This document shows, in pieces, positions 1-11,341 of a stretch of DNA of 64,000 bases. Position numbers and translations under genes: made by a program. Below the pieces are notes generated by a model, which saw only the letters and a list, made by a program, of their open reading frames with translations, was not told the origin of the DNA and ran no database searches. Every line of letters begins with the position of its first letter. Position 1 is the stretch's first letter. The DNA comes from Octopus bimaculoides (Eukaryota), in the NCBI RefSeq assembly GCF_001194135.2, contig NC_068992.1, forward strand, positions 49,944,330-50,008,329, in the 5' to 3' direction.

Positions 1-255
1 GTATCAAGCAGTAGAAACCATGCCAAATCAGACTACAGTCTGATGCAGCTCCCCAGTTCTGGTCAAACACCATCCAACACATGCCAGCATGGAAAACAGA
101 CTAAACTCTTCAAGGCGAGGTTCCAGCATGGTCGCAGTCCAATGACTGATAACAAGTAAAAGAATAAAATAAAAGAATCTGAGACAAAATCCTGGGTATT
201 GTCAGTTTTCAGTCCAAGAGATGTTTTATGATGGAAATGACATTGTCTTCTCTAC

Positions 256-357
256 CTGCTTCTGTCTGGTTATTAAGTCCCAGTCATCAACAAGCCAGGG
301 TTTCAAATCTTCGGGTAGCTTTACTTTTACTTCCATCTTTGATGGGAAATGATCCTC
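256..357 (-). CDS. MORF4L1: MRG15 exon, start of MRG domain ([34 protein letters not shown])
   Basis: ccttcag acceptor, GTAGAG donor, 102 nt; near-identical to the conserved [26 protein letters not shown] segment. Confidence 0.96.
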
Positions 358-1231
358 CTGAAGGAATATAAACATAGATATTTTTTTAAAAAAAGGGTAA
401 AGAAAAAAAAAAAGCAGCAAACAGTTTTATATAAAGAGAGAGAGAGAGTGAATAGCTGAATCAGCAAACTGCCAGACAAAATGGTTAAAGACTAGCAAAA
501 ATGGTCAAACGCAGAATAAAAGACCTTATGGTGTGGCTGTGTGGTAAGAAGCTTGCTTCCCAATCACATGTGAGTGAATTTGATAAACAGAGACTGAAAT
601 AAGTCTGTCAAATAAATATGTGTATGTGTGTTGATCTGTACTCTTGTCTCGATAACATGTGGACTGAGTTTATTAAACACAGAACCTAAGGTCACAGAAG
701 AAATACTGCTAAGCAGTTTTTCTGGCACATTAAGGATTCCACCAGCTCACAGTCTTATTAAAAGGAATAATAATGACAGTGATGATGATGATAAATAATT
801 AAGTCAAACATTACAATATATATATATACCAGTAATTAACCAGAGGGATGAAACATGTTTAGTTAAAAGAACAAAAGTCAAAGAAACCCATATAGAAAAG
901 ATTGTGTATCAAAAATTTAGGAAGTTAGAAATAACATTTATCCTGTTATTGGATCCATAGAAGTTACCTTTTCTGTAATACTGATTTCTCGGATCTGTGT
1001 GTGGATTTGGCATGGTTTGCTGTCTTTCTCCACATTTGTACTGTTGCTTATTTCTGAATGGTCCGATTCATTAGGGGAGTCCACCTCTTTTCTACCTTTA
1101 CCCCGACCACGCTTCTGCAGGCTCCAATCACTGGTGTTCACTTTGTTGTCTTCAGATGCAGACTTTCGTACTTTATCAGATGCTTTCCAAGCAGCTCTTC
1201 GGGTTGTTGATTCTTCTTTTTCCTATTAATT

Positions 1232-1265
<34 letters not shown>

Positions 1266-4200
1266 TTTCCCTAAAAGAAATGGAGAAACTTTTAAAATAC
1301 AAAGACCTGGAAATAGAGGTAAGTCGAATGTGGAATCTAAAAACAGAAACAATTCCTATCATAGTAGGTGCCTTAGGTATAATAAAAAAATATTCAGACA
1401 AATACATAACAAAAACACCAAGACTTATAAATATATATAGCATACAGAAAATTGCACTACTGGGTACTGCACACATCCTATGCAAAACACTTTCAATACA
1501 GTAACCATAAGAGCATCACAGCAAACCACAGCACATACCTAAGGCACACAGAGCTGTGCTCGGTAGTGAAGTGAAAGCACGTTATAAAACTAAAACTACT
1601 GAATAATAATCCTTTCTACTATAGGCACAATGCCTGAAATTTTGGGGGAGAGGAATTAGATTACATTGACATCAGTGGTGCTTATTTCATCAACCCCCGA
1701 AAGGATGAAAGGCAAAGCTGACCTTGGCAGAATTTGAACTCAGAACACAAAGAATATATGCTGCTAAGCATTTTGCCTGGCATGTTAACGATTCTGCCAG
1801 CTTGCGACCTTAATAATAATTCTTTCTAATTTTGGCACATGACCAGCAATTTTGAGGAGAGGAGGCAAGTCAATTACATTTACCCCAGTATTTAACTAGT
1901 ACTTCATTTCACTGACCCTGGAAGAATGAAAGGCAAAGCAAAGTCAACCTAAGTGGAATATGAACCCAGAATGCGAAGAGCCTGAAGAAATGCTGCTAAC
2001 AATTTTGTCTGACATGGTAATGATTCTGCCAGCTTGTTGCCTTGGACAGTAATAACTTGCTCAACTCACACCAGCAAGGAAAGCAAATGTAAAATGATCA
2101 TGAATTCCAAATTAAGTTGGTAAATGAGAAACAATTCTCAGAACTACCATTCCAAAACTCATTACAGCTTAGTTCAATCTAAATGTATTAGTTTTGTTGG
2201 TTGTTTCAAAGAAATTTATTTTCATCTGTTTCATATTCTCATTGAACCATGGAATTCTCACAGAATAACCATTAACCAATCTCTTTCCATTCATGAGTTT
2301 TCTTATTTAACCAGAATGACTGAAAACTATACAGGCATACATCAACTCATGTCGTTTCAAGTTGCATCTTTTTCAAATTAATGTTTTTTTTTTTAAAGAA
2401 ATTAATAGAAAAAAAAAAACCTTCAATTTCAGTTTACATCAGTTTAGGGGAACATATTTAAAAGCATAGAAATTTCAGAAAACACTTAAAAATCAAATAA
2501 AATACATCTGAAAATATGAACGAACCATTTATTAAAAGTGATATAAAGTAATAAATCTTTAAAAATGTTTTTTTGTGTTATGATGATTTTTGAGTGAAGT
2601 TGCATGTCTTGGAACCATTTACCAATGGAAGCTGAGATATGCCTTTATGTGGCACTGTCAGTTAAGAGGGTTCCAGTTGATCTGACCAATGGAACAGCTT
2701 GCTTGTGAAATTAATATGCAAGTGGCTGAACACTCTCCAGACACATGTACCCTTAATGTACTCCACAAGGAAATTCAGTGTCCACAGAATGTAACAAGGC
2801 TGGCTCTTAGAATTACACAGGTAAAACTCATTCTTACCAGCTGAGTGGACTGGAGCAATGCAAAATAAAGCGTCTTGCTCGAGGGCACAATATGCAGCCG
2901 GGATGCGTACTTTCACACATAGCTTATATGTACCTGTGTAAGGAACATGAAATAAAAACGCTTCTGTTTAATAAAAGTAAGAACTCAAAGAACATGTTAA
3001 CTTACCGATTCCACATTGGAGTCTAGTTTTGCCTTCTTTCGCTTTAAGTCTGCACTTGTTGTCTGTGTTGAGGCTGCACTTGAAGACGCACTACTGTTGC
3101 TGTCGGTGGCTGATGATTGGGCTAAAATGGGAAATCCATCCAACACAGCTTCATTATCAAATATTTCATACAGCCACAGGGATAGTGCAGAAAATTAGCA
3201 ATCAACTGAACTTGGTTACAATATATTTACCAGTAATTAACCACGAATGAAATGTGCTTAGTTAAAACTGGTTCTCAACAATTTTTCACCTATGGGCCTC
3301 TTTGATTATTATTTTACGCTAGTAGCTCCCCATAGCCATTTGATGTTTTAGAAACTAGTTTTATAGATATTTCTTACAAAGTTTCTATTTTGTTTTTCAC
3401 ATGTTTATTTGCATATGTTAGCAAGAAACATGTTAAACTATGTTAAGTGTTAGATAAAGAAACCTGGCTGTTACTTGCAATAAATATATCTAAAGCAAAG
3501 TTTTTTCATGGACCCTTAGAATAATACTGTGGATCCCCAAATTACTATTTTGCAAAATCTTATACAAACCTTGGTTGAGAACCACTGAGTTAAAAGAACA
3601 GGAAGCTAGAAATAACATTTTCTATTGAAATTGGGATCGCATTGTACCTGCACATTACCAAACTACAATCAACACAACATATTTTAATATCTGCACTGTA
3701 CCTTCACACATATACTAACTCATAGACTGCACCACCACCACACAACAGACTCAGCTACACTGCACCCCCACACAATGTAATGGGGTGTATTACATGGTAC
3801 CCAGATTAGACTGAATTAAGATAGAGCAGGACACTGGAGACGTAGATTGTTTCTGGATGTTTGATTGGCAATCTTTATGCTGTAACAAGTCAACTAGGGA
3901 TTGGCTGGGAATAAAGAACAACAACAACAACTATAACCGTGCAATAACAAGAACAACAACATGCGTACACCTACGTGCTTTAGGCTTTGATGACTTCTCT
4001 CCTGGCAGTGATGATTTATCTTTTTCTACTTTCTTGACAGCTTTAGTTTTCCGAGAGCCTCTACAATGGAACATCGATAGTCATGGTTACAAGATTTAAT
4101 GAAGGACAATGTATGTGGTTGGGGTACATAAATACGTAAGAGTGCAGATGCCTTGTTGATAATTTGTGTGCTTGTATGAGAATGGATGCGAGAATGTGTT

Positions 4201-6958
4201 AACAGATGTGTATGAGAGGATACATTTACTTGTGATCATCATCATCATCATTTAGCATCTGCATTCCATACTGGCATGGGTTAGACAGTTTGACTGAAAC
4301 TGCTAAGCTGGAGAGCTGCACCAGGTTCCAATCTGATTCGGCATGGTCTCTACAGCTGGATACCCTTCCTAACACCAGCCAAGAGTGTGATGGGTGCTCT
4401 TTACGTGCCACTGGCATGGGTGCCAGTTACATGACACCAGATGGTTAGAGATGGGGATAGAGGTAAATGTGGTGAACGGGACAGTGGTGGTAGTATGGTC
4501 CATGGTAAATATCAGTATAAAGAAGGGAACTGAAAGGTATAGAAGAGGGTGATAAGTAGCAGGGCAATAAGCCTGTGTATAAATATGAAAATAGTGTGAT
4601 ATGTGCACAGGGCAGGGGGGGATGGGGTCAGTGAGAGAGAGATGTACAGTGACAGAGATGGATGTCAGAGATATATAGGGGTAGCTATAGTGACTAAAGA
4701 CCAGAGTAACTGTCTATGGTAAATACACGATGGTGTTGAGAATGATAACAGATAGAGTGAAAAGATGATAAAGTAAATTCTGCAACGTGTGACATAGTTC
4801 AAGTTAAAAGAATTGTTGAAAAGAGATAAGAAAAAAACAATACTGAAGTTAAAATATATCTCACGCGTGAGCTTTCTGTAGTTCTTTTTGCTTCTGTAAA
4901 CCAGCGTCGTTAAACTTCAAAACTCTACACTCAGGCACCCATTCATCCCAGCTAGAAGATATAAAAATAAACAAGCATAAAGCAAAATATAAAAGATTCA
5001 TTAATTCTGCAATGACTTTCCATTGTGGATATTTTTTATGAAATGATGTCAGAAAGAATACAAAATGTAGACATAAAGAGGATATAAAGAATATATAAAG
5101 CCACCACTGTTGATTTAAAGTCCAGTTTCCCATGCTTATACGAGGCAGAGTCATTTCCATAATGCATTTTCATTAACTGCATCAATTGGCTACTCCTCAC
5201 CAAAACATACGCACATGTATATACATATATATATATATGCACACACACACACACACATATATATGTATATATAAGAATATATATAAAGGAGGCCACTAGC
5301 TGGACTGCTAATGTGCTAGAAGAAGATCACATGTCATGTGTCTACTAAGACCGAATAATTCTCAAAGGGAATTCCCTTTGAGAATTATTTGGTCTTAGTA
5401 GACACATGACATGTGATCTTCTTCTAGCACATTAGCAGTCCACCTAGTGGCCTCCTTTATATATATTTTTATATATACATATACAATAATCCTTTGTGAT
5501 CTCAGATATTTTTTCTGAATCTCCCTGATTCTTTTAATGTGCTTGTTCCCTGGTATTAAATTGATATTAATTAATATCCAATTTTTTTACCCTATTGTTT
5601 AATCTTTATATTCCTCCGTTTTCCCATTCTTTGAACTTTCCGTCTTTCCGACGAAGGGCTCCGCCCGAAACGTCATACTCTCTCTCTTTCCTTTCCCGAG
5701 CGTCCAATAACACTATCCGTATCACGTCCTCACTTTGTTGTTTTTTTGTTATTGTTTTTTGTGTTTTTTTTTTTAACTATATATATATATATATATATGC
5801 GCAGGATGAGAGAGGCAGCTGAAAGCGCCTTTTGTTGGCTTTGGAGCAAGAGAGAAGAGTTAAGCTGGAAGCAAGGAGGAGGTGAGGAGTAGTGATTTGG
5901 CCACCTCTACTGACCCACCAACGAGACAGTGTTACGGTTCAGGATCGAAACACTCAATGAATGTTAAGATATTGTCTGATGACATCAGTTCCTCCTGGCC
6001 AAAGCTCCATTCACTTTGGTAAGAGGAAAAAAAAGCACCTCCTTCAAAGTGTTGTTTAACATCATCATTTAACGTCCATTGTCCATGCTGGTATGGGTTG
6101 GACTAACATATATATTGTCAATTCAAATAAAAAAAACAAACAAACATGAGGATGTGCACAACCAATGTATTAGCTTGACATTTGGTGAAAGAAGAGTGTT
6201 TGACATTTCAAGCATAGCTCTTCGTCGGAAAGGAGAAAGGGAAAAGTCCAAGGATAAAAAAGAAACAGCCAATGGTAAACATCTAGTTACATTGCTGACA
6301 CAAATGCATGTATATTGCATTATTTTTATGCTAGCATAGATGGCAATTTTTGACAGGATCCAATGGATCAGAGGTGCAGGATTTGTTCCAGTGTCACAGT
6401 TTTGGCATGATTTCTATGGGTGGATGCCCTTCCTAATGCCAACCCTTTTACAGAGTACATTGGGTGCATTTTTCATGGCACCAGCACTAGTGAGGTTTTC
6501 TTGCATATGACAGGCTTCCACACACCTAAATTTTATTCACAAAGAAGGTACTAAGGCTATTATAACAGATGAGACTGTGTACAAAGTGCCACACAGAGGG
6601 ACCTAACTCAGAGCCATACCCTCGCAAAGGAAACCTCTCATATATGGCCATGCTACCTGCACTGGAAAATAAAAGAAAGACACTAAAAGCTTGTCCTCAA
6701 TGAAAACAGGATTGTAAAAGAAATAAAGGGGAAAAAAATGGAATTGTTTGAATAAAAGAAGAACTCACTTCTTATTCCATCCATTGTAATGAATGAAATA
6801 TCGGATAATTTTCTCTTTAACATCGTATTTGACACACTGAAAGACAGAGAGAGTGTAATTTAATTGCAGTCAATTAGATGAAAGATTTTGGTACAAACCA
6901 CATACAGATAGGCAAAGGGAAACAGATATAATTAGAGGTAGACAGATCAATAAATATA

Positions 6959-7027
<69 letters not shown>

Positions 7028-7496
7028 TGAGAAAATAGATAATTAGAGAGAGATCAATAGATCTGCAGAGAAAGAGAGAGACAGACCATTAGAGATGTCA
7101 ATAGATAGATATGTTGAGAAACAGATAGACAGATCAATAGATATACCAACAGACAGATAAATAGATAGACCCCCATACATATATGGAAGGATAATAAACA
7201 GATAGGCGGATGAATAGATAGTCACATTGAAAGTTAAATAGGCAGACGGACAGATAGATATATATAGAGAGGGGGAGAGAGAAAGGTAGACAGGCAAGCA
7301 GATTGAAAAATAGAGACATCTTTTACTTGTTTGAGTCGGGAAGAACTTTTAGTCAGATCATTTGGTCCCTGTACTTATTTTTTAAAGCCTGATGCTTATT
7401 CTATCAGTCTCTTTTGCCGAACCACTAAGTTACTGGGGCATAAACACATCAACACTGGTTGTCAAGCAGTGCTGGGAGACAAACAAAGATACAAAA

Positions 7497-7528
<32 letters not shown>

Positions 7529-8969
7529 TAATATCATCATCATCCTCATTTAACATCTGTTTTCCATGCTGGCATGGGTTGGAGAGTTTGTCAGGGGCTG
7601 GCTAGGCAGAAGACTGCACTAGGCTTCACTATGGATGCCCTTCCTAACACCAACCTCCTCAAGGAGTGGACTTATATATAAAATAGGCTTCTTTCAGTTT
7701 CCATCTACCAAATCCATTCACAAGGATTTGCTTAGTGGCATTTCTTCAAACTTTATATTCCGAATTCAAATGCCGCCACGGTCGACTTTGCCTTTCATCC
7801 TGGTGATGTTGTAAAACAAGTACCAGTTGAACACTGGGGTCGATGTAATCAACTTAGCTCTACCCCAAAATTTCTGGCCTTGTATCAAAATTTCAAGATA
7901 ATTTATGTTCCAAACATCAGCTTAATAAGGAGAAAGTTATTTTATTAAATACTTGTTTTCATAAGTAATTCAAACAAGGGCAGTGTATTTCATTAGGAAT
8001 ATTACAACAAAAGGGTTAAGGCTGATTACTTAACATACTAACATCCAGACCCCAAAAACTTTCTATGTCAACCCAATGAGTGGACTAAGCACAATCTCAG
8101 TTGACTTGCTACACAATAACAAGCAAGTTTTCATCAAATGAAATCCTACCAGCTTCTAAATAAATGAATAAACAAAAGAAAGGAGCATACAACAGAGTGT
8201 AATCTGAGATACTGCACAAGGTCAGAGTAATAGTCGTAATGATAGTCCTCCTTCAATTGTGCTGGTCAGAGAGTGAACAGCAAAAATAGATCTTAAAGAT
8301 AACACAGAAGAGAAACAAAACCAAGAATTATATGAGGGGGGTGCTGAAAAGTTTCTGACTTTCAGGGTATTGCGAAAGGCCTGGTTGGAGGCCCGATCTT
8401 CTGAGTTCTTTTACACAGCTTAGCAAAAATGATAGACCACTGCAATAAGTGTGTGAAAGTGAGAGGGGAATGTGCTGAATAAAATCATAATTAACTGATC
8501 CTCCTGTATTTTCTTTTACCTAAAGCCAGGAACTTTTCAGTATCCTTTTGTATGCATACCATATTTCCCAGAATACAAGTTGAATTCTTCAGACCAAAAT
8601 ATACAGCCAAAAAAAATATAGGTTGACTTATACACCACGACAACTTTAGGGGATCGAATATTCCATGTGAAATGCAGCACGATTTGGAAAGACAGTGATG
8701 CTGTTTGAATGTTCACAGTATATACTGTGCTAACTTGTATGCCAGAAATTACGGTATACTAAAACATGAAAAGGAAACATCAAGCTAGACAAGAAGAAAA
8801 TTATATGACGCAGCAAAAGAATAAATTAGACATTAAGTGAAGATTAATTATATTATAGAGCAAGAGAAAATTTGATGAACTTACTTTGGCTTCATATAAT
8901 AATGGTCCATGAAAACACAGAACACGCTCTCCTGAAAAGGGAAATAGTTTTGAGACTGAGCATGAAAGT

Positions 8970-9010
<41 letters not shown>

Positions 9011-10076
9011 CCTTTCTACTAAAGACACAAGGCCTGAAATTTTGTGTGGAGGCTATTAGTTGATTACATCAACCTCAGTGTTTCACAGGTACTTCATTTA
9101 TTGACCCCAGTATGGAACTGGTGATGCTCAAACCAGTGAACTGGCTTGAATGAAATAACGACTGGTTATTGATGTTTTCGATATCGCCGTCCGTTTCCAT
9201 AAAGAGCTCACAACTTTAGGAATTATGTGCAAACAACACTGGTTCCTATCCACGGCAAGTTTATTTGTTGCGCGAAACGTAATATTGCATCTGGCTAGAT
9301 TCTTAAATTCCCAAATGCATGCCTTTTTTAAAGCTCCTCCGACGCAATGTTTATTTCGGAAGGATGAAAAGGCGGAATACATATTCGGAATGCCTGTCAC
9401 TCCATCGATGGAAACTAAAATGAAACTAAAATAAGCTACAATCACCATTTATGTATTTTCAAGCCATCCTCAACAGTATGACATGCCGCATATTGAAGAT
9501 AGACGAACCAGACTTAAAGAGCCAACAACGTTGTTTAACCTGCTAGAAAAATGGAATAGCAGCCGAATCTCATTCAAACTGCACCCTACTGTCTTAAAGA
9601 AAAGAAGGATGATTTGAAAAGAAACTACTGGATAATGACGGTTGAGAAAATTTTGACCATAGAACTGGCCTGGAACTAAACAACAACCGCTTTTTGAATA
9701 GTCAGTCTGTCAGGCTTGTTTCGATGGAAGCGGCGAAGAGGGCGGAGGAAGACATCAAGCTTCAAATGTTGACAACAATGGAAGTCCAGGCGGTTGCAAT
9801 GGACAAAGAAAAAAAAAGTTTTGTTCTAATTATTCGTTCGTTTAAGCACCTTGTTGTCAATGATAATAACTATTACGTTGGGAGCAACATATACGGATTG
9901 TGTAAACTAAAAATATACACATGTGTTGCGAGAAAACCGAGAGTGAAAAAAAAAACAACAAGAATTAATATTATGAGAATAACCGACCACGCTGTTTCGC
10001 TCTTTCAACTTAAAGCTCGATAATTGTACAAATTACAAGTATACTCACCCTCAACAAATTTCATCTTAGGAGCCAT
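256..10076 (-). CDS. MORF4L1: Mortality factor 4-like protein 1 (MRG15), 5' part of spliced gene; join complement(10049-10076, 8885-8931, 6769-6836, 4865-4951, 3975-4060, 3006-3121, 968-1222, 256-357); continues past the left edge
   Basis: Exons joined at GT-AG sites with matching phases give [74 protein letters not shown]...[28 protein letters not shown]: the MRG15 chromo-barrel followed by the start of the MRG domain. Confidence 0.96.
968..1222 (-). CDS. MORF4L1: Putative extra (cassette) MRG15 linker exon, 85 codons ([13 protein letters not shown]...KRGRGKGRK...REISITEK)
   Basis: 255 nt, stop-free, phase 0/0, taatag acceptor and AAG|GTAACT donor; lies between two phase-0 MRG15 exons. No transcript evidence available here. 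Confidence 0.6.
1270..1610 (+). mobile_element. 3' fragment of a restriction-like-endonuclease (REL) non-LTR retrotransposon
   Basis: ORF 1280-1504 [32 protein letters not shown] matches the EK-x2-KY-x-DL...PIxxGALG REL C-terminus. A second short copy lies on the minus strand at ~13100-13157. Confidence 0.7.
1611..2043 (-). mobile_element. Two tandem copies of SINE family A (tRNA-like head, Deu/Nin-like central domain)
   Basis: Recurrent 'gaaaggatgaaaggcaaag..gacc...gaatttgaactcagaa...ctaagcatttt...gattctgccagct' block seen dozens of times in the window; copies separated by (TAA)n. Confidence 0.8.
2645..2910 (-). mobile_element. tRNA-derived SINE related to the 45392 family
   Basis: Reverse complement shares 'taagggtacatgtgtctggagagtgttcagccacttgca..ttaatttcac.agca.gctgtt' with 45660-45740. 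Confidence 0.6.
3006..3121 (-). CDS. MORF4L1: MRG15 linker exon ([38 protein letters not shown])
   Basis: ttttag acceptor, GTAAGT donor, 116 nt; ends with a KRKKAK basic motif like the MRG15 RKKRAR linker. Confidence 0.88.
3975..4060 (-). CDS. MORF4L1: MRG15 linker exon ([28 protein letters not shown])
   Basis: ttgtag acceptor, GTAGGT donor, 86 nt, phases 2/1 fit both neighbours; K/S-rich. Confidence 0.8.
4865..4951 (-). CDS. MORF4L1: MRG15 exon ([28 protein letters not shown])
   Basis: cttctag acceptor, GTGAGA donor, 87 nt, phase 2/2; WDEW motif. Confidence 0.95.
5260..5483. repeat. Near-perfect loop-less inverted repeat (112-bp arms, centre GAATTC at 5369-5374)
   Basis: Base-by-base pairing shows 3 mismatches (5275/5468, 5300/5443, 5353/5390). 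Confidence 0.95.
5636..5745 (+). mobile_element. Penelope-like terminal repeat fragment
   Basis: 'tccgacgaagggctccgcccgaaacgtc' motif of the type found in Penelope-like pLTRs; related pieces at ~50500-50680 (-) and ~59930-60010. Family assignment is by recollection only. Confidence 0.4.
5800..5990 (+). mobile_element. 3' end of Hero/NeSL-like non-LTR retrotransposon
   Basis: Frame reads [29 protein letters not shown], resembling the 'EAAE-x2-S-x-WLW-x-KR...W' C-terminus of Hero-type elements. Confidence 0.5.
6769..6836 (-). CDS. MORF4L1: MRG15 chromo-barrel exon ([22 protein letters not shown])
   Basis: Not in the ORF track (too short). ttcag acceptor, GTGAGT donor, 68 nt; contains the HYxGW motif. 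Confidence 0.95.
8333..8550. mobile_element. Mariner-type MITE (~210 bp), family with four copies in window
   Basis: TIR 'GAGGGGGTGCTGAAAAGTT' / 'AACTTTTCAG..CC' with TA flanks; other copies at ~25216-25422, ~43721-43931 and ~58694-58910. Confidence 0.75.
8559..8754. mobile_element. pogo/Tc2-type MITE
   Basis: TA|CCATATTTCCCAGAATACAAGT ... ACTTGTATGCCAGAAATTACGG|TA imperfect 22-bp TIRs with TA duplication. Confidence 0.65.
8885..8931 (-). CDS. MORF4L1: MRG15 chromo-barrel exon ([15 protein letters not shown])
   Basis: ttttcag acceptor, GTAAGT donor, 47 nt. Confidence 0.95.
10049..10076 (-). CDS. MORF4L1: MRG15 first coding exon ([10 protein letters not shown])
   Basis: ATG at 10076; 28 nt; donor G|GTGAGT; phase 1 matches the next exon. 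Confidence 0.9.
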
Positions 10077-10216
10077 CTTTCTTGTTTTTAAATAAACATA
10101 GGCTAAGACGAAAATAAAAAGACAAACTTCAGTGTTAATCACATAATTATTTCATTGGTATCAACGTGAAAACGACTGTGTGTGAAACGTCATGGCTGCG
10201 AGGAAAACGAAATTAG

Positions 10217-10226
10217 GTGACGTCAC
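10217..10226. promoter_or_regulatory. Palindromic CRE-type site GTGACGTCAC ~140 nt upstream of the MRG15 ATG
   Basis: Exact TGACGTCA octamer in a CpG-containing segment. Function is inferred from the motif alone. Confidence 0.4.
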
Positions 10227-10299
10227 TGGTCTATGATAGTTTCTTATTAGCATTTCGTATTTTCATTCTCTGTAGATACTTTTCAATTATCATAAATCA

Positions 10300-10751
10300 T
10301 TAACAGAGTTGTTGTATTGATGCTTTAGAAAAATATGAGTAGAATATATATGTATATAAAAGAATATAGAAAATTGAATGTTTCTTTGTTTGAAGGGTTT
10401 AGCGACGTGGCTTTTCTTCGTTTCGTTTCTGTTGTATTTATTGTGAGATAATTAGATTTTGGAGGCACTGTTCTCTTCCGCTATGTTAGTGTTTATATAA
10501 ACATTTACATAGAATAGAATATTTATTAATAGAGTTGTAATAATGATTTAAAAAATATGCGTGGAATATATATAAGAAAAAACGGAATATAGAAAATGAA
10601 ATATTCTTTTATTTAAAAGATTTAGTTACGTGTGATTCCTCTTCGTTTCGTTTCAGTTGTGTTTGTAGCATGATAATTACTGATTTTTGGATAAACCGTT
10701 TTCTGCCGCCATGGAAGTGTTTATATAAATATTTACGTTGAATGAAATAAA
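10300..10751. repeat. Diverged tandem duplication, period ~226 bp
   Basis: Colinear anchors ttaa[c/t]agagttg, aaaaatatg[a/c]gt[a/g]gaatatatat, gaatatagaaaat, cttcgtttcgtttc, gatttttgga, agtgtttatataaa recur ~226 nt apart. Confidence 0.85.
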
Positions 10752-11134
10752 ACGTGATATACATACTATAATATATTTATACTTACTTTAAGGGTTAGGA
10801 TTAAAGATTGGGATCGGGATTGATTTAAGAAAAGATTTTACGGTTTGATTCAAGATTTTTAAAAAGTGTCAAATATTTAAAAATTTCATTTTCGGTTTAA
10901 TACATTTAACATGTTTGTAACCGAGGGTTCATGATTGAGCAAATTTTGCTGTTAGGGCATCAAAGAACTACTGTAGTTCTTTGAAACTGAAACAATACAA
11001 TAACGACGAAAATAAGCAAGAGCAAAAAGAAAATTTATTAGACGCAAGAGCCTAAGACGTTTGGGACAATATAAGGTGAAATATAAAGAAACAAGAAATA
11101 GTAAGGGTTTGTAAAGAAATAAATGGGAGATATC

Positions 11135-11341
11135 GGTACTACTAAAGCAGCGCGGACCCGAACGTGCAGTCGCGCGTCCGGGCTAGCTAGTCGTGAGTGG
11201 TCGATCCTAACCCTAACCCTAAACACATATTCATTTGCACACGCGGGTTAGGGTTAGGGTTAGGGTTAGGATCGACCACTCAAGACTAGCTAGCGCGGAC
11301 GCTCGACTGCTCGTTCGGGTCCGCGCTGCTTTAGTAGTACC
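11135..11341. mobile_element. Foldback MITE (Merlin-like) with internal telomeric repeats and 8-bp TSD GAGATATC
   Basis: 71-bp arms GGTACTACTAAAGCAGCGCGG...GTCGAT with 4 mismatches; inner CCTAA(CCCTAA)2 and (GGGTTA)4GG; GAGATATC at 11127-11134 and 11342-11349. GG...CC termini with an 8-bp TSD fit Merlin (inference). Confidence 0.75.

Noticed and set aside
8190-8270. Candidate extra MRG15 exon ([23 protein letters not shown]) in intron 2
   Set aside because: The open frame needs phase-1 entry but the intron is phase 0; in phase 0 it hits TGA at once. No other support.
9128-10023. ORFs 9128-9448, 9225-9434 and 9694-10023
   Set aside because: No recognisable domain, inside MRG15 intron 1, partly overlapping a dispersed repeat; likely chance ORFs in GC-richer DNA.
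11206-11270. CTAACCCTAA as a telomerase RNA template, or a true telomere/fusion site
   Set aside because: The repeats are short, sit inside a TSD-flanked inverted-repeat element, and no pseudoknot or H/ACA context is evident.
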